From assembly GCF_964194155.1 (NCBI RefSeq), contig NC_135901.1:32550001-32614000 (forward strand): a stretch of DNA of 64,000 nucleotides, in the 5' to 3' direction. Position 1 is the first letter of the stretch, and the number at the start of each line of letters is the position of its first letter. Made by a program: the position numbers and the translations under genes. A model generated the notes under the pieces. It was not told the DNA's origin. It made no database searches and worked only from the letters and a program-made list of their open reading frames with translations. This DNA is from Cetorhinus maximus (lineage: Eukaryota). Of the stretch, positions 35,108 to 47,206 are shown piece after piece.

Positions 35108-38100
35108 AAATCCTTGGTATCTGCAGCAGTCATTCAAATTCAGTGCCCAGGTTTCAAAATATCCAGTTTTTACATTTAACCTTGAAACCCATCATAACGC
35201 ATCTGCAATCAGATCCTCATGCAGCAACTTGTCTTATCGGTCAATTAAGTGGTTGCATGAATTAACTCAACCTGTATAGCCTCGTACTTCTGTCTCGAAC
35301 TTTTACACGAACTTGAAAGGATTGTGGTCTGTAGAAAGAATAGTTTCTGTCGAATTGTTTGCCACACAGTTTTCAAAATGTTGCAATGCTAACACCAATC
35401 CCAACGCCTCCTTTTCAACCGTTGAATATCTTCTCTGTTGTGCATTCAACTTCCGTGAAAAATACTGTACAGGTCTTTCAGTTCCAGTGTCAACTTCGTG
35501 AAACAGGATGGCCCCAATATCAATATCTCTTGCATCAACGGCCAATTATAATTTCTTGGCGTAATTGAGTACTGCCAAAACTAATGTCCTAGCTACAACA
35601 GTGATCACAATATGAAGTGCCTTCTGACACTCCAGTGTCCATTCAAACTTTTTGCTCTTGTTCAATAGTTAAGTCAGTGGAGCAACCACATGGCTAACAT
35701 TTGGTACAAATTTTCAGTAAGACCCACTCATGTCCAGAAATCTCAAAACTTTTCTCTTTGTTGCAGGCACTGGGAAATCCACTTTCACATCTCTCAGAGC
35801 CACCTTACCATGTCCAATGTTATGGACTTGATACGTAACTTGCTCTTTTGTAAATTCACTTCCAGCCAAGTTTATTGACAAATTAGCTCCTTGTAATCGA
35901 ATAAATATTTTTTTCAGATGTAGTAAATGCTCATCCCACCTCTGGCTGAAAAGTATTAAGTCATCAATATAAACAGCACAATTGCTTGGACCTGCAACTA
36001 CTTTCTTTGTCAGTGTTTTCGAAAATGTCGCAGGTCCATTCTTCATACTAAATGGCATGACTTTAAACTGATATAGTCCATTTGGCGACACAAAAGCCAA
36101 TATCTCTTTTGCTGTGTTTGATATTGGGACTTGCCAACATTATTTTAGCAAGTCGAACTTTGTGAAAAATTTTGATTGTCCCACTTTCTCAACGTAATCC
36201 TCAAACCATGATATGGGAAACGAATCTGCTTTTGTCACAGAATTCACCTTTCAATAGTCCACACAGAGTATTTGTGATCTATCTGGTACAATAGGCGAAC
36301 TCAATGATGTTGCTTTAGAGCATGAAATCAATTTCCTTCTGCACTTGTGATAAACCTTCCGGCTTATACATAAGAATGTTGCCTTATTGAAGATGAAACT
36401 TCGACAGAGACATCATGGATAGCTAAATCTGTCCTCTCCAATTTGTCTCCACAAATGGTTTTGTGTGACTGCAATAGCTTTCACACATCACTTTGACACT
36501 TGTCTGGAATGTAACTCAATGTTACATTTAAGTTTTCAAATACACCCTCATTATCCAATCTGATGAGAGGAAAATACATTTCAGAATCCTGTCTTTCTAT
36601 CCCTTTCTTATTATCTAGCACTACTTATTAATCTATTTGATTCTCTTCCGTGTCAAACACTTTTTAAGCATATTCCCATGACACACACTCTGCTTCTTTC
36701 GTGTGTCTGGATTATTTATTAATTAATTTAGTCGCAAAATTTCTCTTCAGTCATGTAAGGCGCAATAAACTTTGCCTTTAATGAGTCACTCAGCACTGGT
36801 AACATTCCTTCCTGCAAAAAAATTCCGAGCTGTAGGCTTCCTGTCTGCTTTCACTCTTATCACTTGCTGTGATATCTTTCAATGTCCCCTAGCCAAGTCG
36901 CATGTTCTGTCTAACCTCTGTCTGAAGTTTGATACGTAATCCAGGAGAGCAGTTTCTGGATTTTGACCCACCAATTTCTCATCAATCAGTTTCAGTGGTC
37001 CCCTTACCTCAGGACCATGAACTAGTTCAAATGGACTAAAACAGTACAATGCATTAGGCGCACCTATAATAACAAACAACAAGAATTGAACTTCCCCATC
37101 CCAATCATGTGGATAATCGTGACGGTGCACTCTCATAATAGTTTTTATTGTTTGATGCCATCCTTACAAAGCTTCTTGTGACTCCGCTGATAAGCTGTTG
37201 AATGAAGCTATTTATCATCAAACTCTTCATTGCTTCCATAATCGGCTGTCACATAAAACTTGAACCCCATATCTTGTAAAAAGTAACTCTTACACAATCT
37301 TATTTGTAATTTTTCTTCAAGGTATGGCTTCAGAAAACCTGGTAGCCACATCCAAGATTGTTAGTAAGCACTGATTTGAAGTCTTCGACTTAGGGAGGGG
37401 TTGTACTCAATCAATCATGACCTGAGTAAACGTTTCTTCAATGTTCATATTGGGATTAAGGTGCTGTCTTAATCACCGCTTGTGGTTGCCCTATTGCCTG
37501 ACATGTGTTACATGTTCTGCAGTCTTTGACTATATCTCTGTGCAACTGGCCCAGTGAAATTTTTCTTTACCTTTGTTTGAGTCTTTCTAATTGTTAAATG
37601 CCCCCATTCAATTTAATGAGCAATCATGAGAAAGTCATTTCTATTCTCTAATGTAATAAAAATCTGATGTTCCTCCCTCCAGCTTCCATTTGCCGAGACA
37701 TGACCCGGTCTCCATTTCCTCATTAAAATATCACCCTGCAGGTAATAACATTCTGGGATACATTTTGCCTCTGTTTCTGTGTAAGCTGTCTGATATAACT
37801 GTTTTAATTGCAAATCCTTCTGAGGCAACTCAATTAACTACTTTGAGTTAAGCACTTCAGTTGATTTCTCCTCACCTGTGCCTTTATGAGCAATGTTTTC
37901 AAGTAGCGTGCCTGCTAATGCGATTTCAATACCTTCTTCCTGCCTTTGAACTGCCTGTCTTTCTTCTTTTTCTTGCTTCAACCTGTTTGCGTCTGATCCC
38001 ATTATCACACAAACTGGAAGCAATCCAGAATGCTCCTCTTGTAACAACTCTGTTGAAAACATTTCTATGGGCTGCTCAACTCCATAGGCATCACCCAGAT

Positions 38101-39407
38101 TTGTGATCCAGCTTTTTCAATATCCAGAATAAATTGAAGCCTTGCAATGTGCAATTTTTCCACCACCTCAAGAGTCCCTTCTCCAGTTTTCCTCTTACTT
38201 TTTAAATTTGCCTTTCACAGGGGGATATGTTTAACATCTCCATGAACGCTGTTTCTGCAATACTCCCTTTGAACAACAAATATCACTATCTGACAATATT
38301 AAGGGCTGAACAACCTCTGTGTCTCTTATAATTTTACATCTTCACCTATTCTACGCTGCACACATTGAAAGTCATTCCGTTCACACATAAAATCTTTAAG
38401 CATTTCTGTTACCTGCTCCTCATAATTCCCTTGGGTACACAGTGAACACATTCATCCTCCTTTGCCTTTCACTGATCCTTTTTTACTTGTGTACAAAACG
38501 TTGCTTTATCCTGTGCCTGAACCTCAGAACCCAGGTTATTTTAGCTCCGGAACTTTTCTTCAACCCTATAATTCCAACAGATTTTTCCTGCAATCTCCAA
38601 CACTGACGTCTTGTGCACTGCCACCCCACCACCCCCCACCCTTATTACAATGAAAACATTTCAACTTTCCAATGTCACCTCTACCTACAGCACCTTTCTC
38701 TTTATTCTGAGAAAGAAAACTTCCTGGTAATTTCCAGCTACTCATCCTCTTCCCCACCTTCCTTTCACCTTCTCACGTCTATCCTTTTAGGATGTGAAAG
38801 GGTGCTGAGGCAAAGGTTTAGCTCTCTGCAATAACTCATGATCATCAGCCACCTCTGCTGCTTGCCTTCTGGATCAAACCTTTGTTCCTCCTGATAAATT
38901 CTCACTACCAAAGGAATTGAATCTTTAAATTGATGGAAAAGAGTTACTTCTCCAAGAGCTGCAAAGGGTCTCTCTATTTTCAACACCCGTATCCGCCAGT
39001 CAAAATTAATTTGCTTTACTCTGTCAATCTCAATATGTTTGCCCAAATTGTTTTCTCATAATCCTAAATTTCTGCCTGCATGCTTCAGGAACCAAATAAT
39101 GTGCAGACAAAATAGCTTTCTCTAAACATATCATAATTCACCGATACTTTTTCAGACAGCAAAAGCATATACATCATGTAATCTACCCACCAACCTTGAT
39201 TGTAACAATAATGTCAAGTTCTCTTGCAGCCATTTCATCTGATTAACTATAATCCCAACTGAAATAAAGAATGACTCAACATGCCTTTTCCCAAACTTGG
39301 GAAGAGCTTGTAGAAATTTAAATATCACCCGCTGGATTCTGGATGTGTCCTTCCTCACCTCCTGGCGTCTCTTTTTTTTAACAGCCAAAATTTTTCAGGT
39401 GGAATTC

Positions 39408-39408
39408 T

Positions 39409-39446
<38 letters not shown>
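39408..39446. repeat. Compound (CT)n(AT)n microsatellite within the decayed gag
   Basis: Seen directly. Confidence 0.9.
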
Positions 39447-39953
39447 TTCTCTTTCCTCCTTCTCTATCTTCACAATTTCTAACTTCCATTCCTGATATTT
39501 CCTTCCTGTGACTTTCCCTCTGCTCGTTTTGGAATGCCCTTTCTCGTTCCTTTTCTTCCAATTCAATAGTTTACATTTGCAGATGAATGTGAGCACTTTC
39601 CATTGAACCACACCTAGGAGAAGTCTGCCTGTCAGGCATTCCTTCCAATTTCCAATGCTGTGCTATCACTTCAATTATGTCTAATTTCCTAGCCCCTGCC
39701 GGTAATCCCATCTCTAATTATTCCACCAACTCTGTCACCTTATTCCTGGATCTAGTTTGTAAGACAATCAGGTTACATATTCTCCTCCCAGACAAGTCTT
39801 AGCAATTACCAAAACCATCTGGCAGTCTCACCACATCATAAATAACTCACACTCACCCCATAATTCAAAGCTCTTCTCGTACTCATAACCTGAATATTCA
39901 CCAATTACAAAAGATTTTGGAATGACAAATATATCCCACAAAGAATCCCTGAT

Positions 39954-40814
39954 TATTATCACACAGCCGATGGTTAAGGCTGAGTTGTTCAAAGCCCAGA
40001 GTGAAAATTTAAAAAACTGTCAAGACCCATTTTTGCAAATTGTATGCATCAAGATGCAGGCTTTGAATTCAGTAGTGATAAGGCCACTGAGTCTGAAGAG
40101 GTTTTTTTATAGAACTAAATTAAACATTTATTATTACAAGAATGATTGTAAGCACATACATATGTCTACGAAATTACTACCATAATAACTATAAAAATCC
40201 ACTCTCATTTTACACCTCCGGTAAAGCAACAGTAAAACACATACATATAAATCGCTCCCTGGCAAAGCACACCCTGGACTGCCACATTATCAAAATGAGT
40301 TTCCTTCATCTCTGGGTCCTTGCAGGCAGACTTGAGGCTTACATGTTTGAAGCTTTATATCTTAAAACCCCTCTTCCTTTTACAAACAGCCTTCTCTTCC
40401 TTTATACATTTTCCTCTTTGAATTCAAATTCTCGTTGTCACTAGGTTTTTTGGTTTGACTTTAAGTCTTCTAATAATAAAACCCTTTCGTAATACACGCA
40501 AAACTGGTAAGCCTTAAAAATAAACAGATTTATTTTCTGAGCTTCACCTGGTTAAATGTAATATTTCACCTGCTCCTTTGAATAGTGTATTTAAAAATCC
40601 AAATTGTCCCTTTTAAGCATCACCTTCTATTTCCCTATGTTATTGAATTACCATTTCAAACCTTCTTCTCTTCTCTACGCCAAAGCCTCTGGACTAGCTG
40701 GCATTAATCCAATTAAGGCACACACACATACGGATACATGGAAACAGGCACCACTAAACTCGATTTTAAAATTATTCTGAATAACATAATCGACATGATT
40801 ATACCTTCATGACA
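39954..40814 (-). repeat. 5' LTR
   Basis: Direct repeat of 33775-34650; TGTCA...TA termini on the - strand. Confidence 0.88.
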
Positions 40815-42098
40815 CCATGTTTGAAACAAGGATGTAATGAGGAGAGGAGATGAGTGGCCCTGGCAGAACCCACGCTCCGCTTAGTGAAAAGGTTATTGCT
40901 AAGCAAGTGTTGCTTGATATCACTGTTGATGAACACTTCCATTACTTTACTGATGATGGAGAGTGGACTGATGGGGCTGATGAGTATTTCCCCTGCTTTT
41001 TGTGTAAAGGACATAACTGGGCAATTTTCCACGTAGCCGGGTAGATGCCAGTGTTGTAGCTGTACTGGATCGGCTTGGGAAGATGCATGGCAAGTTCTGG
41101 AGCACAAGCATTCAGTACTATTGCCAGAATAATGTCAGGGCCATAGCCTTTGCAGCATCCAGTGCCTTCAGCCGTTTCTTGGTGTCACGTGGAGTGAATT
41201 AAATTAACGGGAGGCTGGCACCTGTGATTCTAGGGACCTCTGGAGGAGGCCGAGATGAATAACTCGCTCCGAAATTCTGGCTGAAGATAATTACAAATGC
41301 TTTAACTTTATCTTTTGCATTGATGTGCTGTGTTCCCCAATCATTGAGGGTGGGGATATTTGTGGAGCCTCTCCCTCCTCTAGTGAGTTGTTTCATTGTC
41401 CACCACCATTCACTGCTGGATTGGGCAGGACCACAGAGCTTAGATCGGATCCGTTGTTTGTGGGAGCACTTAGATCTCTCTTTCGCTTGCTGCTTGGCAA
41501 ACAAGTAGTCGTGTGTTATAGATTCACCAGGTTGACGCCTCATTTTTAGGCGCACCTGGTGTTTCCCTGGCATGCACCCCTACTCTCTTCATTGAACCAG
41601 GTTTAATTTCCTGGACTATGGTAATGGTATAGTAGTGGAGATGCCGGTCCATGAGGTTACAGATTGTTCTCGAGTACAATTCTGCTGCTGCTTATGGCCC
41701 ACGGCACCTCATGAATGCACAGTCTTGAGTTGCAAGAGGTGTTCAAAATCTATCCCATTTAATAAGGTGGAGGTGCCACACAACACGATCGAGTCTATCC
41801 TTAATGTGAAGGCGGGGTTCCACATGTGGAGGCGAAATGCTGTGGTAAATGCTCCCGATACTGTCATGGGTAGGTGCATCTGAGGGAGGAAATTTAGTGA
41901 GCATGAGGTCATGGACGGTTTTCTCTCTTGTTGGTTCACTCTCCACATGCCGCAGATCCAGTCTGGCAGCGATGTAATTTAGGACTCACCTAATGGTGGT
42001 GCTACAGAGCCACTCTTGCTAACAGGAAGCAAGATGTTTCCTTACCCATGTTTGATCTGATGCCATGCGATGTCATGGGGTCCAGAGTCGATGTTGAG

Positions 42099-43315
42099 TC
42101 GATATTGGAGTTATTTGAACGATAAAAGGGAGCCTGTAGACGTAGTGTACTTAGATTTCCATAAGGCATTTGATAAGGTGCCACATCAATGAATATTATA
42201 GAAAATGAAAGCGCATGGTGTAGTGAGTGACACCTTAGCACGGATAGGATGTTGGCTAGTCTTTTTCTGATTAGCAGGAGGGTGCCAGTGGAGTCCCACA
42301 GGGATCTGTACTCAGGCCTCAAATTTATGCGATTACATCAATGACAGAGATGAGGGTAGTGAAGACATGGTTGCTAAATTGGCAGATGACACAAAGAAAC
42401 GCAGGAAATTAAGTTGTGAGAGGACATGAGGAGGCTGCAGGTGGATATAGATAGGCTGAGTGAAGGGGCAAAGATCTGGAAAATGGAGTTTAATGTGGGA
42501 AAATGTGAAGTTGTTCACTATGGCAGGAAGGACAAAAAAGCAAGTATTACTTAAATGGATAATGGCTGCATAATTCTGAGGTGCAGAGGGATCCAGATGT
42601 TCTAGTGCATGAGTCACAAAAAGATAGTATGTAGGTACAACAAGTAATTAAGAAGGCTAATGGAATGCTATCCTTTTTCATGACAGGGAATGAACATTAA
42701 ACTAAGGATGTTATGCTTCTGTTATACAGAGCATTGGTGAGACCACACCTCGAACACTGTGTGTAGTTTTGATCTCCTTATTTGAGGAAGGATGTAAATG
42801 CATTGGACGCAGTTCAAAGAAGGTTTACTAAATTCATACCGGGAATGAATGTGTTGCCTTAGAAGAAAATGTTGGACCATCTAGGTTTGCTTCCATTGGA
42901 GTTTAGAAGAGTGAGGGGTGATTTGATTGAAGTATACACGATCCTGAATGACCACGACAAGGTGGGCGACGAAAGGATGTTTCCTCTTGTGGATGAGTAC
43001 AGAACTAAGGGACACTGTTTAAAAATTAACCGTCCCCCTTTTAGGACACAGAATAGGAGAAATTATTTTCTCTCAGAGGCTTGTGCGACTTTGGAACTCT
43101 TTGCCTAAGAAAGTGGTGGAGGCGGGGTCATTGAATACCTTTAAGGCAGAGGTTGATCGATTCTTGTTAGGCAAGGAATTAAAGGTTACCTGGGTTAGAT
43201 GGGAATGTGGAAATCGAGACACAAGAAGATCAGCCATGATCTTATTGAATGCCAGAGCAGGCTCGAGGGGCTGAATGGTCTAATCCTGTTCCCATTCCTG
43301 TTTCTTATGTTTTTC
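42099..43315 (+). mobile_element. 5'-truncated CR1 LINE inserted antisense into the host LINE
   Basis: VDVVYLDFHKAFDKVPH, GVPQGSVL, KLADDTK, LYRALVRPHLEHCV, RRVRGDLIEVY; 3' terminus GCTCGAGGGGCTGAATGG..TTCTTATGTT. Confidence 0.9.
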
Positions 43316-43589
43316 TGACTTCAAGGCAATTCCTACCGAACTGTATACCACTGTGGCCGCAACCTGTGACGCCACCTGTGCTGGGTCTGTCCTGCTCATG
43401 TGGGCGTCTGGGAAATTATATGTAAGATATGATTCAGGGAGAACGGCTCTGCTTGACTGGTCTGTGAGGTAACTCTCTCAATGTTGGAATCAATAGGGTG
43501 GACTTTACAGGACCATCCGGTGCCTCCATCGATGCTGGTTGTGTCTGCCCGGGATTCTTCCTTTTTTGATACTTTGTAGCTGTTGCGCA

Positions 43590-43850
43590 GGTCACTTCAG
43601 AGAGCATTTTAAGAGTCAACTACATTGTTGTGAGTCTGGCCACATGTAATTCAGACTGGATCGTGTAAGGACGGCAGGCTTCCTTCCTTAAATTGAACCA
43701 GATGCGTTTTTTTTTAACGGCAGCCATCCTCATTGTGCTTTTTGTTCAAGATTTTAAGAATTCAAAAATTCAAGAATTTAAACTGCACGATTCGGATTTG
43801 CACCCGGGTCCCTGTAGAACTAGTCCAGCAACAATACCACTACTACACCT
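43590..43850 (-). mobile_element. Probable decayed SINE
   Basis: CACATGTAA..CAGAC..GTAAGGACGGCAG..TTCCTTCC..GAACCAGATG core, and a reverse-complemented tRNA-like head (GGTGTAGTAGTGGTATTG..GGGTGCAAATCC). Confidence 0.5.
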
Positions 43851-43854
43851 CCTC

Positions 43855-45040
43855 ACCTGCAGTACGTTGAGTTTCTTGTGAGTTTTTGTGTTGAAATGTT
43901 CCAGGCAAATGCGGCCAATTTGGTTCACATTTTTCAAATATGACTTGTAGATGATGGACAGTCTCTGCGAAATCAAGAGGTGAGATACTCGCTGCAGAAT
44001 CCCCATTCTGTGACCTGCTCCTGTAACCAAAATATTTCGAGGTGGTTCCATTTAAGTTTCAGGTGAATGGCAGCCCTTGGAATGTTGATAGTGTGTGATT
44101 CAGGAATTTCAATGTTATTGAATGTCAGGATAGAAGGAGAGATTATCTCTTTTCGGTTATGGTCATTGCATGGAATATCAATGGAGTGAATGTTCCTTGC
44201 CATTTATCAGCCCAGCACCTAATATTATCCAGGCCTTGCTACATATGTATATGGAATTGTCCATTACCAGAGAAAGAGGGAATGCTGCTGAACATTGTGC
44301 AATCATCACCGAAAATCCCCACATCTCACCTTGTGATAACTGACCTAGGACACTACATTTTGGAAATCCTGTTGCGGTGCCCTGCGACCTAGATGATTGA
44401 CCTGAAACAACCATGAGCATATTTTTTTCTCCAAGGGTAGCTCAAACTCGTGCTGAGCTTTGCCCCTGTTTCCAATTTACCTCGATTTTTCCAGGGCTCC
44501 CTGATGTCACAATCGTCATATGCTGCGTTAATGTCAAGAAGAGTCATTCCCACTTCTTGAATTCAGTTCTCTGCCCGTTTTAGGAGCAAGGCAGTAGTGT
44601 GGTCTGGAGCTGAGTGGCCAAGTTGAAAGAACAACTGAGCATAAGAGAACATGTCATTGCTGAGTCAGTGCCGCTTCATCGCACGGTGATGACAACTTCC
44701 TTCTCTTTGCTGATGATCGAGTGTAGGCTGCTGGACTGCTTACTTTCCCGTTCTCCATTTTCTGCTTTTTGTGGGCAAGGATTCCCTGGGCAATTTTCCA
44801 CATTGCCCGTTTGATACCGTCATCGTAGATGCCTTGAAACAGCTTAGCTTTGAATTTGACTATTCCTGGGAACGAACTCTTTAATACTGCTGTAGCGATA
44901 GCGTCAAGGCAAATACGCTTTTCAATATCGAGAATCTTCAACCGTTTCTTGATATAACGTGCACTCAATCGAAATAATTGTATGTTAACATTTGTCTTAC
45001 AGGGGCATCAGGAGGAGGCCAAGCTGAATCACTTAGAGGG
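43855..45040 (-). mobile_element. Second, older fragment of the same L2/CR1-group LINE family
   Basis: AGHRMGILQRVSHLLISQRLSIIYKS is homologous to 31320-31460 and continues colinearly with 33390-33770 and 40820-41250. Confidence 0.8.
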
Positions 45041-45059
45041 GAGGACATCTAAATCATCA

Positions 45060-45960
45060 TCAACAGCAGATACATTCTATGAAATTGAAAGAGGTGCAAA
45101 GAAATCCCTATTTCTCCTGTAGTGGGTGTAGGGAGGCTGGAACGATGAGAAGTGAGGAGATAAAATGCCTTGTGATGCATGTCATCCGCTTGCATTAAAG
45201 GATGTCCTTGGCTGGTTAGTTGTTTTGGGTTGATTGTTAATAGGCCAGGTTTATGGACTGAAACTTCGCCCCTGAATTCGGAAAGGGCAGGGGGACGAAG
45301 ACATGTTCAGTGGTACTATCACGATGGATGAGGTGCAAAGTGCAGGGTGTCATCCGTTGAGGGTGGGGGCTGGTAGGATGGTAGGAGTTGCAGATAGCGC
45401 ATGTGAAAGTGTGGAAAGGGTGAAGATTTGAAACAAATGTTATCACTTTTTCCAATTCTATGTGGGAGCAGCAAATGGAGCTGATAGAGTCATAACCACA
45501 CTTGCAGGGGAGGCGAGAGGAAGGCCCTGAGTAGGACTGCAAAGGGGAACAATCTACATGGCCCTAGAGAAATGCAGAAATTGCTGGGGCAAATGCAGAT
45601 GAGCATCATTATGTTGTTCTCTTTCATTTATGTGAGCGAAGTTAGTGGAGCTGAAGGAGCCATTGTTCAATTTGAGAACAAGTTCAAATAGAAGGAGGAT
45701 GTTAAGATGTTTAAGGACCAGTTGGAAAGGCATTCAAAAAAGAAAGGGAGATCTCTCAGAACATCCTTGTGGGCGATGGAGTGGTAGACAGATTTGATGT
45801 CCGCATAGATAAAGTGAGGTTCAGGGCCAGCAAACCGAATGCTGCCTGATGTTGGGGCGGTATTAGGACACAGGCGGATGTGGGAAGAGAATGAATTGGA
45901 CGTTTCAGAAATTCATGTCAGGACGGTGACGAAGACCTGGACACATCTAACGGGACACAA
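45060..45960 (-). mobile_element. Highly decayed Penelope-like RT fragment
   Basis: ELVLKLNN at ~45665-45690; LEKVITFVSNLHPFHTFT; QSYSGP. Confidence 0.55.
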
Positions 45961-47206
45961 AGTAAAGGCCCTGTGCAAACTTAATCAAACCGTGGTCTTA
46001 TAGGCCATGCAGCCATTGACTGGAGACTTCGTGAGCTTGTGCGTTAGAGGCTCAATGTCAAAGCAGAAAAGAGCTGATGTGGTCTAACTGAATTAAGGAT
46101 CGAACATTCTGGAACCACTCTGCAGGTCCAGCAGCACATGAATAACAGACACTGACAGGCCGGCTGAGATCATTCAGCATTTCATGTACATTTGGATGAA
46201 ACATTATCTCAGCGAAGTCGCCCAGGCCGTTAAGAGATTGGTTGTGTTGAGCTGGACCTGTCCCCGTTGAAATCAATCGGGTTGAATCGGATCTTGTCAA
46301 CTCTGAGAGTGTTTGCTGAATTGAAGCACATTGTGAGGACCCTGTCAACTCTGAATGTAACCATACTGAATGGGAGCTGACCACACCGAACTGAACCTTC
46401 CAGAAACCGACCTGCCCCGAGCTGGGATTGATAAGGTCCAAAGTGAACGGAAGCGCGTCAATCTGAACCTAAACACATAGATTGTAATTGGTCTCTGCTG
46501 GGCCGATGGGCTGAATTGACAGATGTTGAATAGGACATGGCGAAATCAAATGTACTGTGTAAAACTGGACAAATTCACACTGATCGTAACTGCGATGTAC
46601 TGGACCCGTTTATTGTCAACTGGGCAGATGCACAATGGATATGATAATAATGACTGGGACAATCCTGCACTGATTGTAACCCTGAAGAAGCGAGACTTGC
46701 ACTCCGAATGTAACCATATTTAACTGGAGTTGTCCAAAACAAACACACAGGTAGATGGGTCAAAGTGTGTTTACAATCTGAGAGAGAGTTGGGTCCGCGT
46801 GGCCCCTGATCAGTAAACACACTGACTGAACAACGATCAGCAGCAAGAACTTGGTTTGTGTTTTCGTCGGACAATTTGCCTTTCTCAGTGAGGTCTGAAT
46901 GAGCAGCTGTGTCCTGTCCTGACACCAATATCCAGCTAATTATAGTTTTCATAAAGAACGATAACTGTGATAATTCTGTCGTCTGGGCGTTTCACATTTG
47001 GACGATATCAGAACTCAACAAAAACATTGTTTCCCATCAAAACAAAGAAACATCAAGCGGACAGCAGCTGCACTGATTTGTTTGTTACAATAAGTGAAAA
47101 TAATATAAACAAAAAACTGTCTAATTGTTTCCCTGGAGCCTCACATCCTGTATAAATGTTGCACTTTTCAGTTTAATGCACAATGCGCTCAGACCTTCTG
47201 ATAGAA

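Larger units (their letters stand above)
33775..40814 (-). mobile_element. Full-structure decayed Gmr1-type Ty3/Gypsy LTR retrotransposon (gag-PR-IN-RT-RH)
   Basis: LTRs 39954-40814 and 33775-34650; CCATG TSD at 33770-33774 and 40815-40819. gag LLLQSRLVGR, KCFHCNK (~39300-38630); integrase FSPFELVHGPEVRGPL (~37000); RT YQFKVMPF..AVYIDD (~36000); RH AVDA..GAIL..YFSRKLN..YSTVEKEAL..TDHNP (~35400). Confidence 0.92.
30822..43590 (-). mobile_element. Host L2/CR1-group LINE fragmented by nested insertions (pieces 30822-31480, 33390-33774, 40815-42098, 43316-43590)
   Basis: 3' end GGGCAATTAGGGAGGGGCAATAAATGCTGG with a short A tail; GVTMDQKLNWTSHIN..YKAQVRSVMEY; PISPLSIISKVME; KLCGPAQSSSEWWWTMKQLT. 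The pieces are colinear. Confidence 0.8.
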
